A stretch of 64,000 nucleotides of DNA, from the NCBI RefSeq assembly GCF_001194135.2, contig NC_068988.1:3025267-3089266 (forward strand). Direction: 5' to 3'. Position 1 is the stretch's first letter; each line of letters starts with the position of its first letter. The position numbers and the translations under genes were made by a program. The notes under the pieces were generated by a model, which worked only from the letters and a program-made list of their open reading frames with translations, did no database searches and was not told where the DNA came from. The stretch is from Octopus bimaculoides (taxonomy: Eukaryota). This document shows, piece by piece, positions 11,580 to 24,043 of this stretch.

Positions 11580-12960
11580 AATGTCTGGTATATATCTGCT
11601 CTGTTGCAAAATGAAATGACACACTTACAAAATATGTTGTCTAGAATCAAATGAATGATAGCATTTGACAATGAAGTATCCCATTTTTTTAATATTCCAT
11701 TGAACTTGTAGTTTTGTTGATGTTTAGAAGTTCTCAGTCATTTTAAGGTTTGTAAAATGGAGAGTTGTGTTAGAGGGCATGGTAGCTTTACATGTTGATA
11801 ACTTGGTTAATAATAATGTCAAAGAGCTGAAGATACTGCAGTGAACCTGGGAAATATTTTATCTCATTCTGTGCAGGCATTTCAGTACTGTTTGGCTCCA
11901 CCAGTGGCATCTCTGAAATAATGCATCAAAAAATTGGAAAAGAAATCTGGTATGTACACTGCTTTGATGAACAATGAAGTTTGTTATGTATGCAGTTGAA
12001 GAAAGTAGTAAGGTTGATTTTAAGTTTTTAGCCAATCAAAGCATTTTATAACTTTCTGTGCAGACTAAAGTTGTCTGTGCTTTACATATTTGAAACATTT
12101 GTGGCAAAAACAGTGGTCAGCATATCTAGCAGTTGTGAGATCCATATTTTCCAATTATGAACATAATGCAAGAGCTTTTGGATGAGGAATATGATAGTTC
12201 TGATATAAACAGCAGAATAAAAGCAACACAACTGGTATTTTGAAACCAATTACTAGCCTTTGTTATCTTTGTTGCCGTTCTTCTTGAAGACATGATGCTG
12301 AAAGTTCTTTGTGCAACAAATTTTTACAAAGTTATGGCAGTGATTCGTCTGAAAATATTGAAAGAGACGAGAATAAGAGAAGAAAATTGAAGAGCATCCA
12401 CTCAGAGGTTAATAATTTTAATTTAGGAGAAGATTATTCTGTTCTTCAATCCTTGTAAAGAATTTCTGAACACAAACAAAAGCATTTATTTCAATGCAAA
12501 GACAGAACTTCTGACAACAAGAATGAACTTTTTAACCTTATCTACAACAATATTTTTGATAACTGTATTGGAGAACATTAAAATTACTTTAATGAACAAA
12601 GCACGAGGATAGAAACATTGTCTCCAGAATCAGAAGCATTTTTACAAGTTTTAAATTTATTTCTTATTTGTGAAGTTGTTAACATAAACTACTTGGACAG
12701 CTCATTTCACAATGAATTATGCTTTGCCAAACATTACATTTTACAAAACATTTCTCCTAAGAAGCTGTCAAATATCTGTTCTTCACTACTTCTCTTTCCG
12801 ACTGCTTTTCCAGTTATCTACAAACTGTACACTGTATCCTCTATATTCACTATGAACATTGTTTTATGAGAATCACCTTTCTCTGCCTTGAATCATATAC
12901 TTGCACCGTGTTTATGCTCTGTGATGCAAGATAATCTCTGCATTTAGGGATAACTACACA
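11580..12960 (+). mobile_element. hAT (ZMYM1-like) transposase relic
   Basis: YISALLQNEM (cf. Y.SP.IQNE), YVHCF (cf. YVHCFAH), AFPVIYKLY..ESPFSALNHI (cf. dimerisation domain ERSFS); heavily decayed. Confidence 0.7.
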
Positions 12961-13829
12961 AGGAAACAAAACATAGAAAGGATTTTTAAAACCCTTTCTA
13001 TATTCTATACTTTAAAAGGCTGACCAATGCCTTGTGAGTGAATTTGGTAGATGATGACCATGTGAAAGCCTGCCGTGCACGTGTGTGTGCGTGCGTGCAT
13101 GCATATTTATGCATGTATATTTTTGTGTTTGTCCCTCACTATCACTTTACAACTTGTGTTGGTTTGTTGACATCCTTGTATCTTGGCACTTTGACAAACG
13201 AAATTGTTAGAATAAGCACCAGATGTAAAAACAATTACTGAGGTTGATTTGTTCGACTAAGCTCTTTATAGCAGTGCTCCAGCTTAGCCACAGTCCAATG
13301 GCAGAAAGAAGTAAAAAAAAAACATAAAAAAGTTTTTGTTTTATGGTTAGAAGATTACAATAATGCTAAGCTATTTCTTATAAATGTAATATTTATGTTA
13401 GTTATCAGTATTGAAATTGGTTTTCAATAATTTTATAGATTTTGTAAATTTTCAATATCAGAAAAAATTTTAGTTGTTTTAAAATGGTTGGTTTAGATGA
13501 AGGAAAGACTTGAGAGTTTGTTCATGTATTGATTAAAATAATGGCATTATAAATTTTAAAAGTGATACAATAATAAATGTAAATAAAAAAAAATTAATAT
13601 ACTTTAAAGTTTTAGAATAATTTAGAATTAAAGTAGCCAGCCATAAAGTTTTGACCCCACCCCCTACCAGTGCCAAATTCTGGTAATGGAACTAAAGTTG
13701 CCAATACAAGAACTAGCTAGTGATGCTAAAACTATGATGTTGTTTAAATAATGAATAGAATACAATGTCAATATCTGGAAAGGAAAGGATTTACCTGATC
13801 GAATAAACCTCAGTATATAACTGGTACTC

Positions 13830-14145
13830 CAAGGGCTATAATGATGAGTGTTCCAGTTGATCCAATCAAAGGAACAGCTTGGTTGTGAAATTAACGGGCA
13901 AGTGGCTGAACACTCCACAGACACATGTATCCTTAATGTAATTCTCAGGGAGATTCAGCTTGATACAAAATATGACAAGGCTGGCCCCTTGGAATTGCAG
14001 GTTCAACTCATTTTTACCAGAAAAGTGGACTGGAGCTATGTGAAATAAAGTGTCTTGCTCAAGGACACAACACACTGCTGGAAATTAATCTCACAACCTT
14101 ACCATTGAGAGCTGAATACTCTAACCATTAAGCTATGTACCTGCA
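13830..14145 (-). mobile_element. tRNA-derived SINE family C (Meta/CORE-like central domain)
   Basis: Minus strand GTCCTTGAGCAAGACACTTTATTTC..GCTCCAGTCCAC; related copies at 56650 and 58960. Confidence 0.65.
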
Positions 14146-14930
14146 CAACCTCAGTATATAACCGGTACTTGATGATTAATTACTTTGTTCTATAAGAGTT
14201 GAATGACAAAGTAATTTTTGACAGGATTTGAAAATAATAATTTCAAGGAAGACCAAACTATTTCCTGTTAGACATTTAGCTAAATGCTCAGCAATTTATA
14301 CCTTTTCTCCTTGTCCAAGAATACTGACCCCCATGGTCAAACATTACTACTGCAACTGTAACTGCTGTACTGCCTGAGTCACTGTGCTGGAAGACCCCCA
14401 CCCCTAGGTGCAGACCTGGGTAAGATTTTCTTGTACAAGACCAACAATTGCCAATGCAGGTAAGTTTCTCCGCTCCACATGCCACAAATGTTGCCTAAGA
14501 GAATGGCAAAGTCAGACTGGTTTGATGTTAGAGTCATTGCAGAAATTGTCTTTGGTACACAGAGAGTTGGAATACATACTGCAAGGAATACATTCTGTCA
14601 GGAATTCATGCTTCAAGGAATTTTATCTGATGCCCAAATAACTCTGCTAGTCCACTGCTCTGGTTTACTACTTATATATATTAATCATGAAAGGACAAAA
14701 GCAAAGCTGACCTTGGCAATATTTGAACTCAGAATGTAGACAGCCAGAACATATACCAAAAGATATTATCGTATTTGTTGTTCTGACTTCTCACCTTGTT
14801 ATAGGCATCCAAGAGATGGTGAATAACAGAATTGTTTGAGCTGAGGACAGGATACATTGTGGTATGTATCCTAACTCTTTACAATCAAATGGTAACCCTT
14901 CAAAGGGAACTGGCACCAAACTATATCAGT

Positions 14931-15106
14931 CATCATCATCATCATCATCATCGTTTAACGTCCGCTTTCCATGCTAGCATGGGTTGGACGATTTGACTGA
15001 GGCCTGGTGAAACCGGATGGCAACACCAGCCAACAATCTGATCTGGCAGAGTTTCTACAGCTGGATGCCCTTCCTAACGCCAACCACTCCAAGAGTGTAG
15101 TGGGTG
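14931..15106 (-). mobile_element. RTE LINE 3' end with (GAT)n tail
   Basis: CATCATC-GTTTAACGTCCGCTTTCCATGCTAGCATGGGTTGGACG, matches 3' end of 31.1 and 51.4 kb copies. Confidence 0.85.
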
Positions 15107-15272
15107 ACCTTTAAATATAACTTTGATGCTGTAGAGAGAAGGCATTTGCATGTATAAACAACTGTTAATCTCCAACAAAAACAAGGCTATTTGGGATGGT
15201 CACTTGGAGAGTAGTCTTTTTGTTCAAATATTTAGGCCATGTTTAATCGATGACTAAGTCCACTGCTATAGA

Positions 15273-15647
15273 CACAGGAGTGGCTGTGTGGTAAGTAGCT
15301 TGCTTCCTAACCACATGGTTCTGGGTTCAGTCCCACTGCATGACACCTTGGGCCAGTGTCTTCTGCTATAGCCTCAGGATGACCAAATCCTTGTGAGTGG
15401 ATTTGGTAGACGGAAACTGAAAGCAGCCCATCGTATATGTGTGTGTGTGTGTTTGTCTCCCCACCATCGCTTGACAATCAATGTCGGTGTGATTACGTCC
15501 CCATAACTTAGCAGTTTGGCAAAAGAGACCAATAGAATAAGTACTAGGCTTACAAAGAATAAGTCCTGGGGTTGATTTGTTCGACTAAAGGTGGTGCTCC
15601 AGCATGGCCACAGTGAAACGACCGAAACAAATAAAAGAATAAAAGAA
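15273..15647 (+). mobile_element. SINE family A, near full length
   Basis: A-box/B-box-like head (GTGGCTGTGTGG; GGGTTCAGTCCC), internal (TG)n, conserved tail ending AAAAGAAT repeats. Confidence 0.9.
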
Positions 15648-16429
15648 CCAAAAAATACTGTTGCAATAGTCCAAGCTCAGCTGTTGACCAGTCAAAACGG
15701 CTTTTCTCTTCCTAGATTATGACTGAGTATGTGGCTCTAAGAGAAAGAGCTGCAGAAATAACTGTCTAAATTCACCAGACACAAAACAAAAAATTCTCAT
15801 TTCACTCACTTGAGGAAGGGAAAGAAGAATATGAAAACAGTTTAAATAAATATATACATAATCTAATGATACTCGTGGGTTAAGCTGAGATGTTTGTTGA
15901 GTTGTATCACAGGAAATAGTAAGCATACGAGTTAACATGAGCAACAATGTTGAAAATAATTGACACCACACGCACACATATACATACATCTACATACACA
16001 TCCGTACAGACAAACAGATTCATATGCGCAGTCACACACACATACAAATGAGATTTAAAAGCATAATTACTTGATTTTTTTTTTAGCTCACAAGGTTTTA
16101 TTTATTTATTTATTCATTTATTTATTTATTGTATATTTATTTGTTTCTTAGACAACAAACGAGTCTCGTAATTTCATTCTATAGAAAACACAATAAAAAC
16201 ATGAAAATGAAACAAAAGAAACAAGAAAAAAAACCCAAAGCTAGTGAAACAAAAAGCATCTTGGTAGTTAATTGTTTTTTTAATAATAGATGGCCATGAT
16301 GAATTGGTTTCTCGTCTTCACATGATTTCTAATAAATTAAAAATCTTCAGCTATTCAGAAACAAGTTTTGATAGTCAAGGCATTTTATTTATTAGCTTCA
16401 TATAAAAATCTATACTACATACAAACAAC

Positions 16430-16883
16430 TACACTCACACACATGTGTGTGTGCCTATGCATATGAGTGAGTGTATGTGCATGTATGTGTGTGTGTATAT
16501 ATTTAGGTATATAATATACATACATATATATATATGTCCACAAACATATACATTCACACAAATAGAAATATACATACATATGTATTACAAATTATTGTAG
16601 TTATACTATACATTTATATATATGTATATTTCTAATTAATTACAAACACGTTATAATTATATTTTGTATAAATACTTAAAGCATGCATACATATGCATGC
16701 ATACATACATACATGCATACGTACACATCCATACATATATATAAATATTTATACATATGAGAAAATGTGTGTGTGTGTGTGTATTTGTGTATGTGTGTGG
16801 GTGTGTATTTGCAAGCCCAGAATATATCTGCAAAAAATGATGAAAGACAGTAAGAGAGAAGAAATAAGAGCTGAATATATATT

Positions 16884-16954
<71 letters not shown>

Positions 16955-16990
16955 CTGAATATGCATATGTAGATGTATATATATACACGC
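16430..16990. repeat. Compound (TG)/(TA)/(TACA) microsatellites
   Basis: Direct reading. Confidence 0.9.
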
Positions 16991-17875
16991 ACACAAACCA
17001 TATATGGAGAATGTTGCGTATCTTCGTCACCGTCATTCATATAAAGGACAACAAACAGAAAACATTAGCCACAAAAAAACACAATACAACCAAACAAACA
17101 TATAAGAGATAGCATAACAGGTTTATCAATAGTAACAAGATGGTTGCTAGTGTTAACTTTTGCATCTTTTTTGGTTTTCTTTTTGTTGCAACATTGTGTA
17201 TTGTTAACTGGTAAATATAAATACAAAACAAAACTCGCTACCTACCTGATCCCCCTACCCCCAATAATCCAAATCAATACAAAATACAAACAAGGAAAAC
17301 AAACAATTAAAGAAGGAAGTAAACAAACAAACATAGCAGCAGTTATTAATCACAAAACCATTCTTTATTTTTATAAATTGGCCTTAGTATTGTCATTGAA
17401 ATTCTTGCTTTGCATTTTCAGTCTTCATTTTCAAAATGGCTTTCTTCAACCAGCTAATTCTCATTTGCATTTTTTACTTGAAAATGTTTCTGTTTTCTTT
17501 CTCTTGTGAAGAAAGCAATTGAAATGGAAGAAGTATGACCACCTTCAGACATTAGATTTTCTGTGAGGGAATTCTTTGTTAATATGATATAGTGCTTAAG
17601 GAATAGCCATGATTTGGTACAAGGATTAGCTTGTTGAACTAACTGTCTTGTAGTATTTGGACTCGTCCCACTTCTTCCTGAGTTCCAATCTTCTCATGAT
17701 TGACTGTGGAATTACCACTAGTCAAAATACTGTAAAGATTGGAGTCGACGGACACCTGTTGACCACAAAAGTATTTGGTCAATGGTGGGAAATGTATCTC
17801 AGTGTATTTTGACAATTGAATATGTGTTGTGTGATATGGAATGTCCGTCAAATTTATTAATGTCCTTGAAAAAAT

Positions 17876-18080
17876 AATGGTTTCAAACTTCAGTATAAGG
17901 CCAGCAATTTTAGGGGAGAAATAAATCAATAACATTGACACTAGAGCACAACTGGGAGCTTATCAACCCCAAAAGGATGAATGACCAAGTTGACCTTGGC
18001 AGAATTTGTACTCAAAATGTAACGAAGCAAAAGAAATTCTACTAATCACTTTATCTAGCATGCTAATGATTCTGCCAGCA
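17876..18080 (-). mobile_element. SINE family B copy
   Basis: Similarity to the 4948 and 37441 copies. Confidence 0.7.
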
Positions 18081-19690
18081 GATTTTTATCAAGAACTGGA
18101 TGAAAATATAATGGAAATCAACCCAACAATAAGAAAAGTGGTAGAAGTCTGGAGAGGAATATGGTCAACAAAGAATCCTTTTAAGCAAAACTATTCAAAA
18201 CAACAAACACAGCAGCCAAACCATGGTAGGAGATCAGAACCACACATAATTCACAGACTACAAAAAAAAAAAACAACTGGACTGGACCAGGATATAGGGT
18301 TTCAAATTTCAGGTTAAAATATTTAACAGGTTCACATAAGATTTTAGCAGACAAGTTTAATAAGAGATTGATAGAACCAGAGACAACATTTGGCAGTGAA
18401 AAGCCATTTTAATCCTCAAGACTAAAGAAACAGCAAATCTTAGCAAACTATACAACTCTGTAAACTGTCTTCCTGTGGTGTAAAGTCTTCATGACAGCGA
18501 TATTGGGAAGAATAAACAAGCTGTTTACAGAAGAGTGAAAAAAAATGCAGCAAAGGTTTATATTGCACAAGAGAAAAAAAATCGAAAGAAAAAAAAAATG
18601 GACTGACTGAGCAAATCATAACCAAAACTACATAAAACGAGAAAAAAAACCTAGGTTGTCTGTTTGAAGGGTTTTCACAGTATTCTTCATACCTGGATTT
18701 TGGAAACATTAACCATTAGTAAACTAGTGTTATATTTAGTGAACATGCCATGAATAAATGGTAAACAGTTTTGCTGATACAGACAAAAGAAGTTATAAAG
18801 AATAACCTCCATTCTGTATTACAAAATGACTATTTCAAGAGAACAACCTATCACTGCATCATTTCTCTCTGTATTGACATCTTTAACCAACTTTGTAAAT
18901 AAACCAGACTGGAGCCAGATTCAAATGTTATGAGGAAAAGAGTTAACCATGTTATAGAGGCGAATGACATCCAGTTCACAACTAGAAACACTGCTACATA
19001 CATTGTCCAGATTTACCAGAAAATTTTATTTGGATTAGAAAACTGCACCAAAACAACCTTGAAAAGAGGAGAATTAGTAAAAAGCACTCATGTCATGGTA
19101 GAAAAAGAAAGAGAGGAGATGAAAGAATCAAACAAAACATAGTCAACATACACATACTTAAGACACACAGACAACATACACACACACTTTGTAATCATAG
19201 AAGCAGATAGTCTACAAGAGAAACACATTAAAGAAAATTCTAGCAAAGAGTAATATAGATGCATTAGATTAGTACTTAAAACAGAGCTAAAGGCAAGACA
19301 ACCAAATAATAGTCCATAATATTCTAGGTATTACAGTAATAAGTTTTAGTTACAGCATTCTCAATTATATGCTAAATAAATTAGCATGACTAGACGGACA
19401 AACAAGAAAACTAATGACTGCATTTAGAATATATCACCCAAAGTCTGACATACAAATATTATATTTAGTAGAGAATATATCAAGGTAGGGTCTTACGTAA
19501 CCAGAAAAATGTTATAAAATATCAGCTGTAGGACTACAAAAATATCTTCTAATGAACAATGGAAACTAATAAAAATAGCTAGAAAATACAATCAAAACAA
19601 AAATTGTTTTCTGTCTTCGAGGTATCCTAAAAGAGGAACCTGAATAACAGACACTGGTGAGGGGGAAGGAGAAGAACCAAAATCATGAAG
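18060..19690 (+). mobile_element. R4/Dong-like non-LTR retrotransposon RT relic
   Basis: VWRGIWS, HSILHTWILETL (cf. DSVPHSWILE), LFQENNLSL (cf. IFQGDSLSP), VNHVIEANDI (cf. ISHLLYMDDI), LDGQTRKLMTAFRIYHPKSDIQILY. Confidence 0.75.
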
Positions 19691-19700
19691 AAGCTAACAA

Positions 19701-20035
19701 TCAACCCTTTTGCATTCAGATTACACTTTTAAACGTAATATTTATTTTATTCACATTGTTTTGAAATAATCCCGTATTATCTTGTAGCTGTGAGATTTCA
19801 GTGTCATTGTAGGCTTGACGTGAAAGGTGGGATCTGACCTGTTTTGATAGAATATTTGGGCCTAATACAATAATGCGATGCAGGGTGGTTGGTTATTTAT
19901 TCAGCTGTAATCCCAGAAGCCACTGAGCTGGCCACCTTTTATCCATGACAGCATATTTAACAATGTGGAACTTTTACTACATTTATTTTCGTATCATTAC
20001 AACAGATATGGCTGGCTTAAATGCAAAAGGCTTAA
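19701..20035. mobile_element. piggyBac-like MITE copy with internal extra segment
   Basis: Ends TCAA-CCCTTTTTGCATT / AATGCAAAAGGC-TTAA; body matches the 38705 copy. Confidence 0.6.
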
Positions 20036-20351
20036 AGCTAAAAATAATGCTACCAAATATTATGTTAAAATGAAATAAAGAGAAAGGTTCCTAAATAACC
20101 AAGGTAACAGACAAAAAAAAAGTTTAAAAATTGTGTGGAAATAGGACCCGACCACCCCAAAACTTATTGCATTAGGTGAGGAATACAAGAATCAAAGTTG
20201 AGAGCGAAATGATTTTCATTGCAGGCCAGAATGAAAAGATTCACTTTGGAAATGAAAACCATATTATAAAGCAAAAGCCATTAAATATCTGCAGAATATG
20301 TGGAGGAAGAAACAAGTAATCAGATTGTCTTTGGTTGCCTAGTATCAGCCA

Positions 20352-20408
<57 letters not shown>

Positions 20409-21680
20409 GGGGAGAGAGAGAGTGCATCTGTTCACCTTGATACACATTTAACCCCTACAAAACAAACAAACATGATTGAAAACAATCCCTCTGCCTTTGC
20501 TATGTCGGAGGTAACAATGATAACAAATTAGAGGGCATTACAAAACGGTAATGTCCTCTAATATATATATATTCAAAATACTGATATGATAATTTACTTG
20601 CCTCAAGATTTTATTAAGCAGGGATTACATTTTAATTTCTATAGTGTTAAGCAGGAGAGAGAGATAAAACTTTGTTTAAATAGGAACTTTTTACTTGCAT
20701 TTGAACTTGACACCATGCAACAGGTGTCTATTGAAATAAATGGATTTCATTTCACATTCCTTCTGCCATTCGAAGCAAAGAATTGCAATGAATGAGGGAG
20801 CTTTCATGGAACCAAATCCTCATCAAATCACACCCTACTACCATCTTAAAAATAATTTCTGACACTCTGAAAGAGAGTCATGGCTGGAATGCATTTGATC
20901 ATTGGTTAGTTTAATCAGTACTGACTTATGTCTTAACAACATCAACAACTATCGATGCTGACATAGAAACAGGTGGTCCAGGCGGTTGAAAGGTGATGTG
21001 TTGTGGCTAAGAAGGTTACCCATTTTCAAAGGTGTTTCATATCATTGGTTGCACAGTCAATGTAATAATTCACCGATTCCTGACTTCAAAGATTATTCAA
21101 CCGATGAGAACACTCAGGTATTCCTTGACAGAAAAGTGCAATGGATCAATGCATGAATCATAAATTTTCTGTACAACCTTCATATATGGCGATTCTCAGT
21201 TTGCTTGTTATTGTTTGTTGTATTGAGAATACAAGACACACAAAATGTATTTACCTATTTTGCTGTCAGTTTGTAAATTCTTAAAAGCTATTTAACTCCC
21301 AAGTCTCAAAGGTCTACACAAAGGAATTTTACTGTTACCATTTGCTAACATTTAACATAATGCTGATATCTTAGTTTTTCTCAGACATTTCTGGCAGACT
21401 GTGGGTGTTATCTATAGTAATTCTTTAGACTTTTCTTCTATTATTTCTTTATTCAAGAAGACATCTTAGCAATATTTATAGGTAACAAAACACTTTCATA
21501 TACCTATCCATTATTTAGTTACTTTTGCTCACACTTTACATTCAGTATCAATTTCAACACGTTTAAACTTCACTTTCTTGGTTTATATTATACACAATAG
21601 TGGTAGGTTATTGGTCTATATTATGAATGATACTGGTATGATATAGATCTATATTATAGATGATATTGGTCTGAATTATA

Positions 21681-21871
21681 AATGGCAGAATTGTCAGCAC
21701 ATTACACAAAACATTTAGTATCTTTACACTCTGAGTTCAAATTCTGACAAGGTCAACTCTTTCATAGTTTCGGGGTCAATAAAATATGTACCAGTTGAGT
21801 ACTGGGGTTGATGTAATCAACTAGCCTCCTCCTGTGAAATTGCTGGCCTTGTGCCAAATTTCAAAGCCAAT
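21681..21871 (+). mobile_element. SINE family B copy flanked by 23-bp direct repeat
   Basis: GAGTTCAAATT B-box, GGGGTCAATAAAATATGTACCAG; TATATTATAGATGATATTGGTCT at 21650 and 21871. Confidence 0.75.
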
Positions 21872-22826
21872 ATATTATAGATGATATTGGTCTATATAAT
21901 GGATGGTGTGTATTACACAGATTACCAGTCGGATATATAACTGTTCTTTCACATTGATAATGAAATCATTGATTATACACTAACTTTCCATTCATTTCAT
22001 AAAAGTAATATTTACTATGAAATGTCAAAAAGACTATGTGTGTTCTGAAAAGTTAAAATAACTCTTCTGTGATGTAACTGATCCAATTTCAAGACATAAT
22101 CTTGGAACAAGTCACTTACCAAAAAGTCCAGTTCCAAAATATTCAGTTTGTGTTCTATTGAAATGCAAATGTTTTTTTCTTTTCTAGAAAACCTTTCATG
22201 AACTTAATGAAATACAGATTAAATGAACAGGAATGGAAATAGATTTTTGGAACTAGGGATGCATAAAGATCCATGTGGTTGAGGGTGGTGTGGATTTTGT
22301 AAGCCCCTGTGCTTGACTGAAAGGAAGAGGATTGTTACCCTCTTGTATATCTCAAGAATTCCTTCAATACAAATAAATATAAATATTTTAAATGGGTTTC
22401 TTAATGTAAAATGATTTGTGTATCCAGTAAATTACAAAAGTAATAACTGTTTTCTATCTCAGAATTTTATCACTCAAACAGCTGCTATTAAAAGATATTA
22501 AGAACAATATAAGCATTATCATTATGCAATTATATACAACAATTTAATAAAAGAGATTTATCATTTCATTTTAATATCTTTGTTTGTGAGTCACATTTAC
22601 ACCCAAACCATAAATGTTTCTCTGGTCTATCAAACTATCAAACTACCATACACCAGGTTGTGAAGGGTGTTTCACGGCCTTTGCCTGCAATATGGCAGAG
22701 GGGAAATATTTCAAGAGGGCTTTCTAGAAACTAAATATAAATATTGTATGGGATCACATATTGAAAGGCTTTGATCAGATGAGGATATCCAAGAAATTCA
22801 ATAGAGAAAAATCCATCTAAAATTGT

Positions 22827-23045
22827 TTAACTCTTAAACATCCAAACCAGCCCAAATATTTCACCTCTTTTCTGTTCAAACTGGTCTGATCCAACTTCTC
22901 ACGCCTTCTCTACAAAGTCATTCTAAAAATAAACAATTACATCGTTGAAGTTATGAATCTATGAAATAATGCTTGATTAAGTCAAAACAATATGAATAAA
23001 TAAGCAGTACATTTGAAAGAGTAATCTGAATGCTAAAAGGGTTAA
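22827..23045. mobile_element. piggyBac-like MITE
   Basis: TTAA-CTCTT ... AATGCTAAAAGGG-TTAA; opposite orientation to the 38705 copy. Confidence 0.7.
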
Positions 23046-23344
23046 GGAAAAAAGAAAAACACTCAAAGGCAACTCCAATAAAATATGTTGATAAAAATTT
23101 TGGATGTTAACAAAATAGACTGGAGTGTATTTGGGTTTTAAATCCAACTGGTGAAAATAGCAGACATGTTCCTGTGTACTTGGAGCTTTTCAGTGAAACA
23201 TTCTACTCAGTTGGTAACAATAAGAATGAACATTATGTACATGCATATATTGGAAAATTACTATTTGTAAATCTCACAATGAGAGATATTCAACAAGAGT
23301 ACTTTTGAGTAAAGATTGTTTGCCACCTCTAGCCGAACAATTTT

Positions 23345-23389
23345 TCTGTGCTGATGAAGGGAAATAACCTGGAAATCGTGATACACAGA
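23345..23389 (+). ncRNA. Compact type I hammerhead-like motif
   Basis: TCTGTG-CTGATGA-AGG-GAAATAA-CCT-G-GAAA-TCGTG-ATA-CACAGA; 6-bp stem I, intact core, non-canonical helix II base. Confidence 0.5.
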
Positions 23390-23744
23390 TATTGTTTTGA
23401 GCTGAGTGGGGGTGCTAGATTCCCTTGTTCGAAAATACAAGGACACAGATCATGTCATATAGCCAGCTGGAGACGATGTCTCCTGGGGCTAAATTACAGC
23501 AACATTCGCCCTAAACTAGGACTACCATGTTATGTTGACAAACAATCTTTACCTCATGCATATTTTGGTTCGTTCATTTTACATCCTTTTGATTCATACC
23601 ATCTTAGGTTAGACAGATATATGATAGAAGCATTGTTTTACTGCTGGAAGCCCTTCCTGTTGCTAACACTACATGAATTCTATTTATAGAACTTCAAATG
23701 TGGACAAATATGCACATACACACACATATTTATATACAATGGGC

Positions 23745-23900
23745 TTCTTTTAGTTTCCATCTACCAAATTTACACACAAGGTTTTGTTTGACCAGAGCTA
23801 TTGTCGAAGACACTTGCCCCATGAGTCATGCAGTGAAACTGAACTCAGGACCATGTGGTTGGGAAGTGAAATTCTTAATGATGCAGTCATGCCTGGGAAT
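23745..23900 (-). mobile_element. SINE family A head fragment
   Basis: Reverse complement of SINE head. Confidence 0.75.
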
Positions 23901-24001
23901 ATAAATGAAAGCTTGACCTCAGGAGCAAAATATGGTGAAGCATTTCTTTTGGATGAAGAATGACAAGCAGAAGGAATGGTGAAAAATCCTTTCTTTTGAA
24001 G

Positions 24002-24040
<39 letters not shown>

Positions 24041-24043
<3 letters not shown>

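Noticed and set aside
14320-14419. Strong acceptor/donor pair
   Set aside because: Stops in all three frames; shows strong splice signals arise here without coding potential
14805-14861. 57-nt splice-flanked exon with in-frame TGA (selenoprotein idea)
   Set aside because: No selenoprotein motif or SECIS seen; all frames are blocked, as expected of a pseudo-exon
15273-15350. tRNA-like sequences
   Set aside because: SINE heads lacking a cloverleaf; no true tRNA, rRNA or CRISPR array found
17654-17770. Candidate exon YLDSSHFF..GVDGHLLTTK
   Set aside because: Weak donor, no homology, adjacent to LINE/SINE debris
23278-23423. Minus-strand 146-nt candidate exon
   Set aside because: No homology, and it overlaps antisense to the hammerhead-like motif, which better explains the sequence
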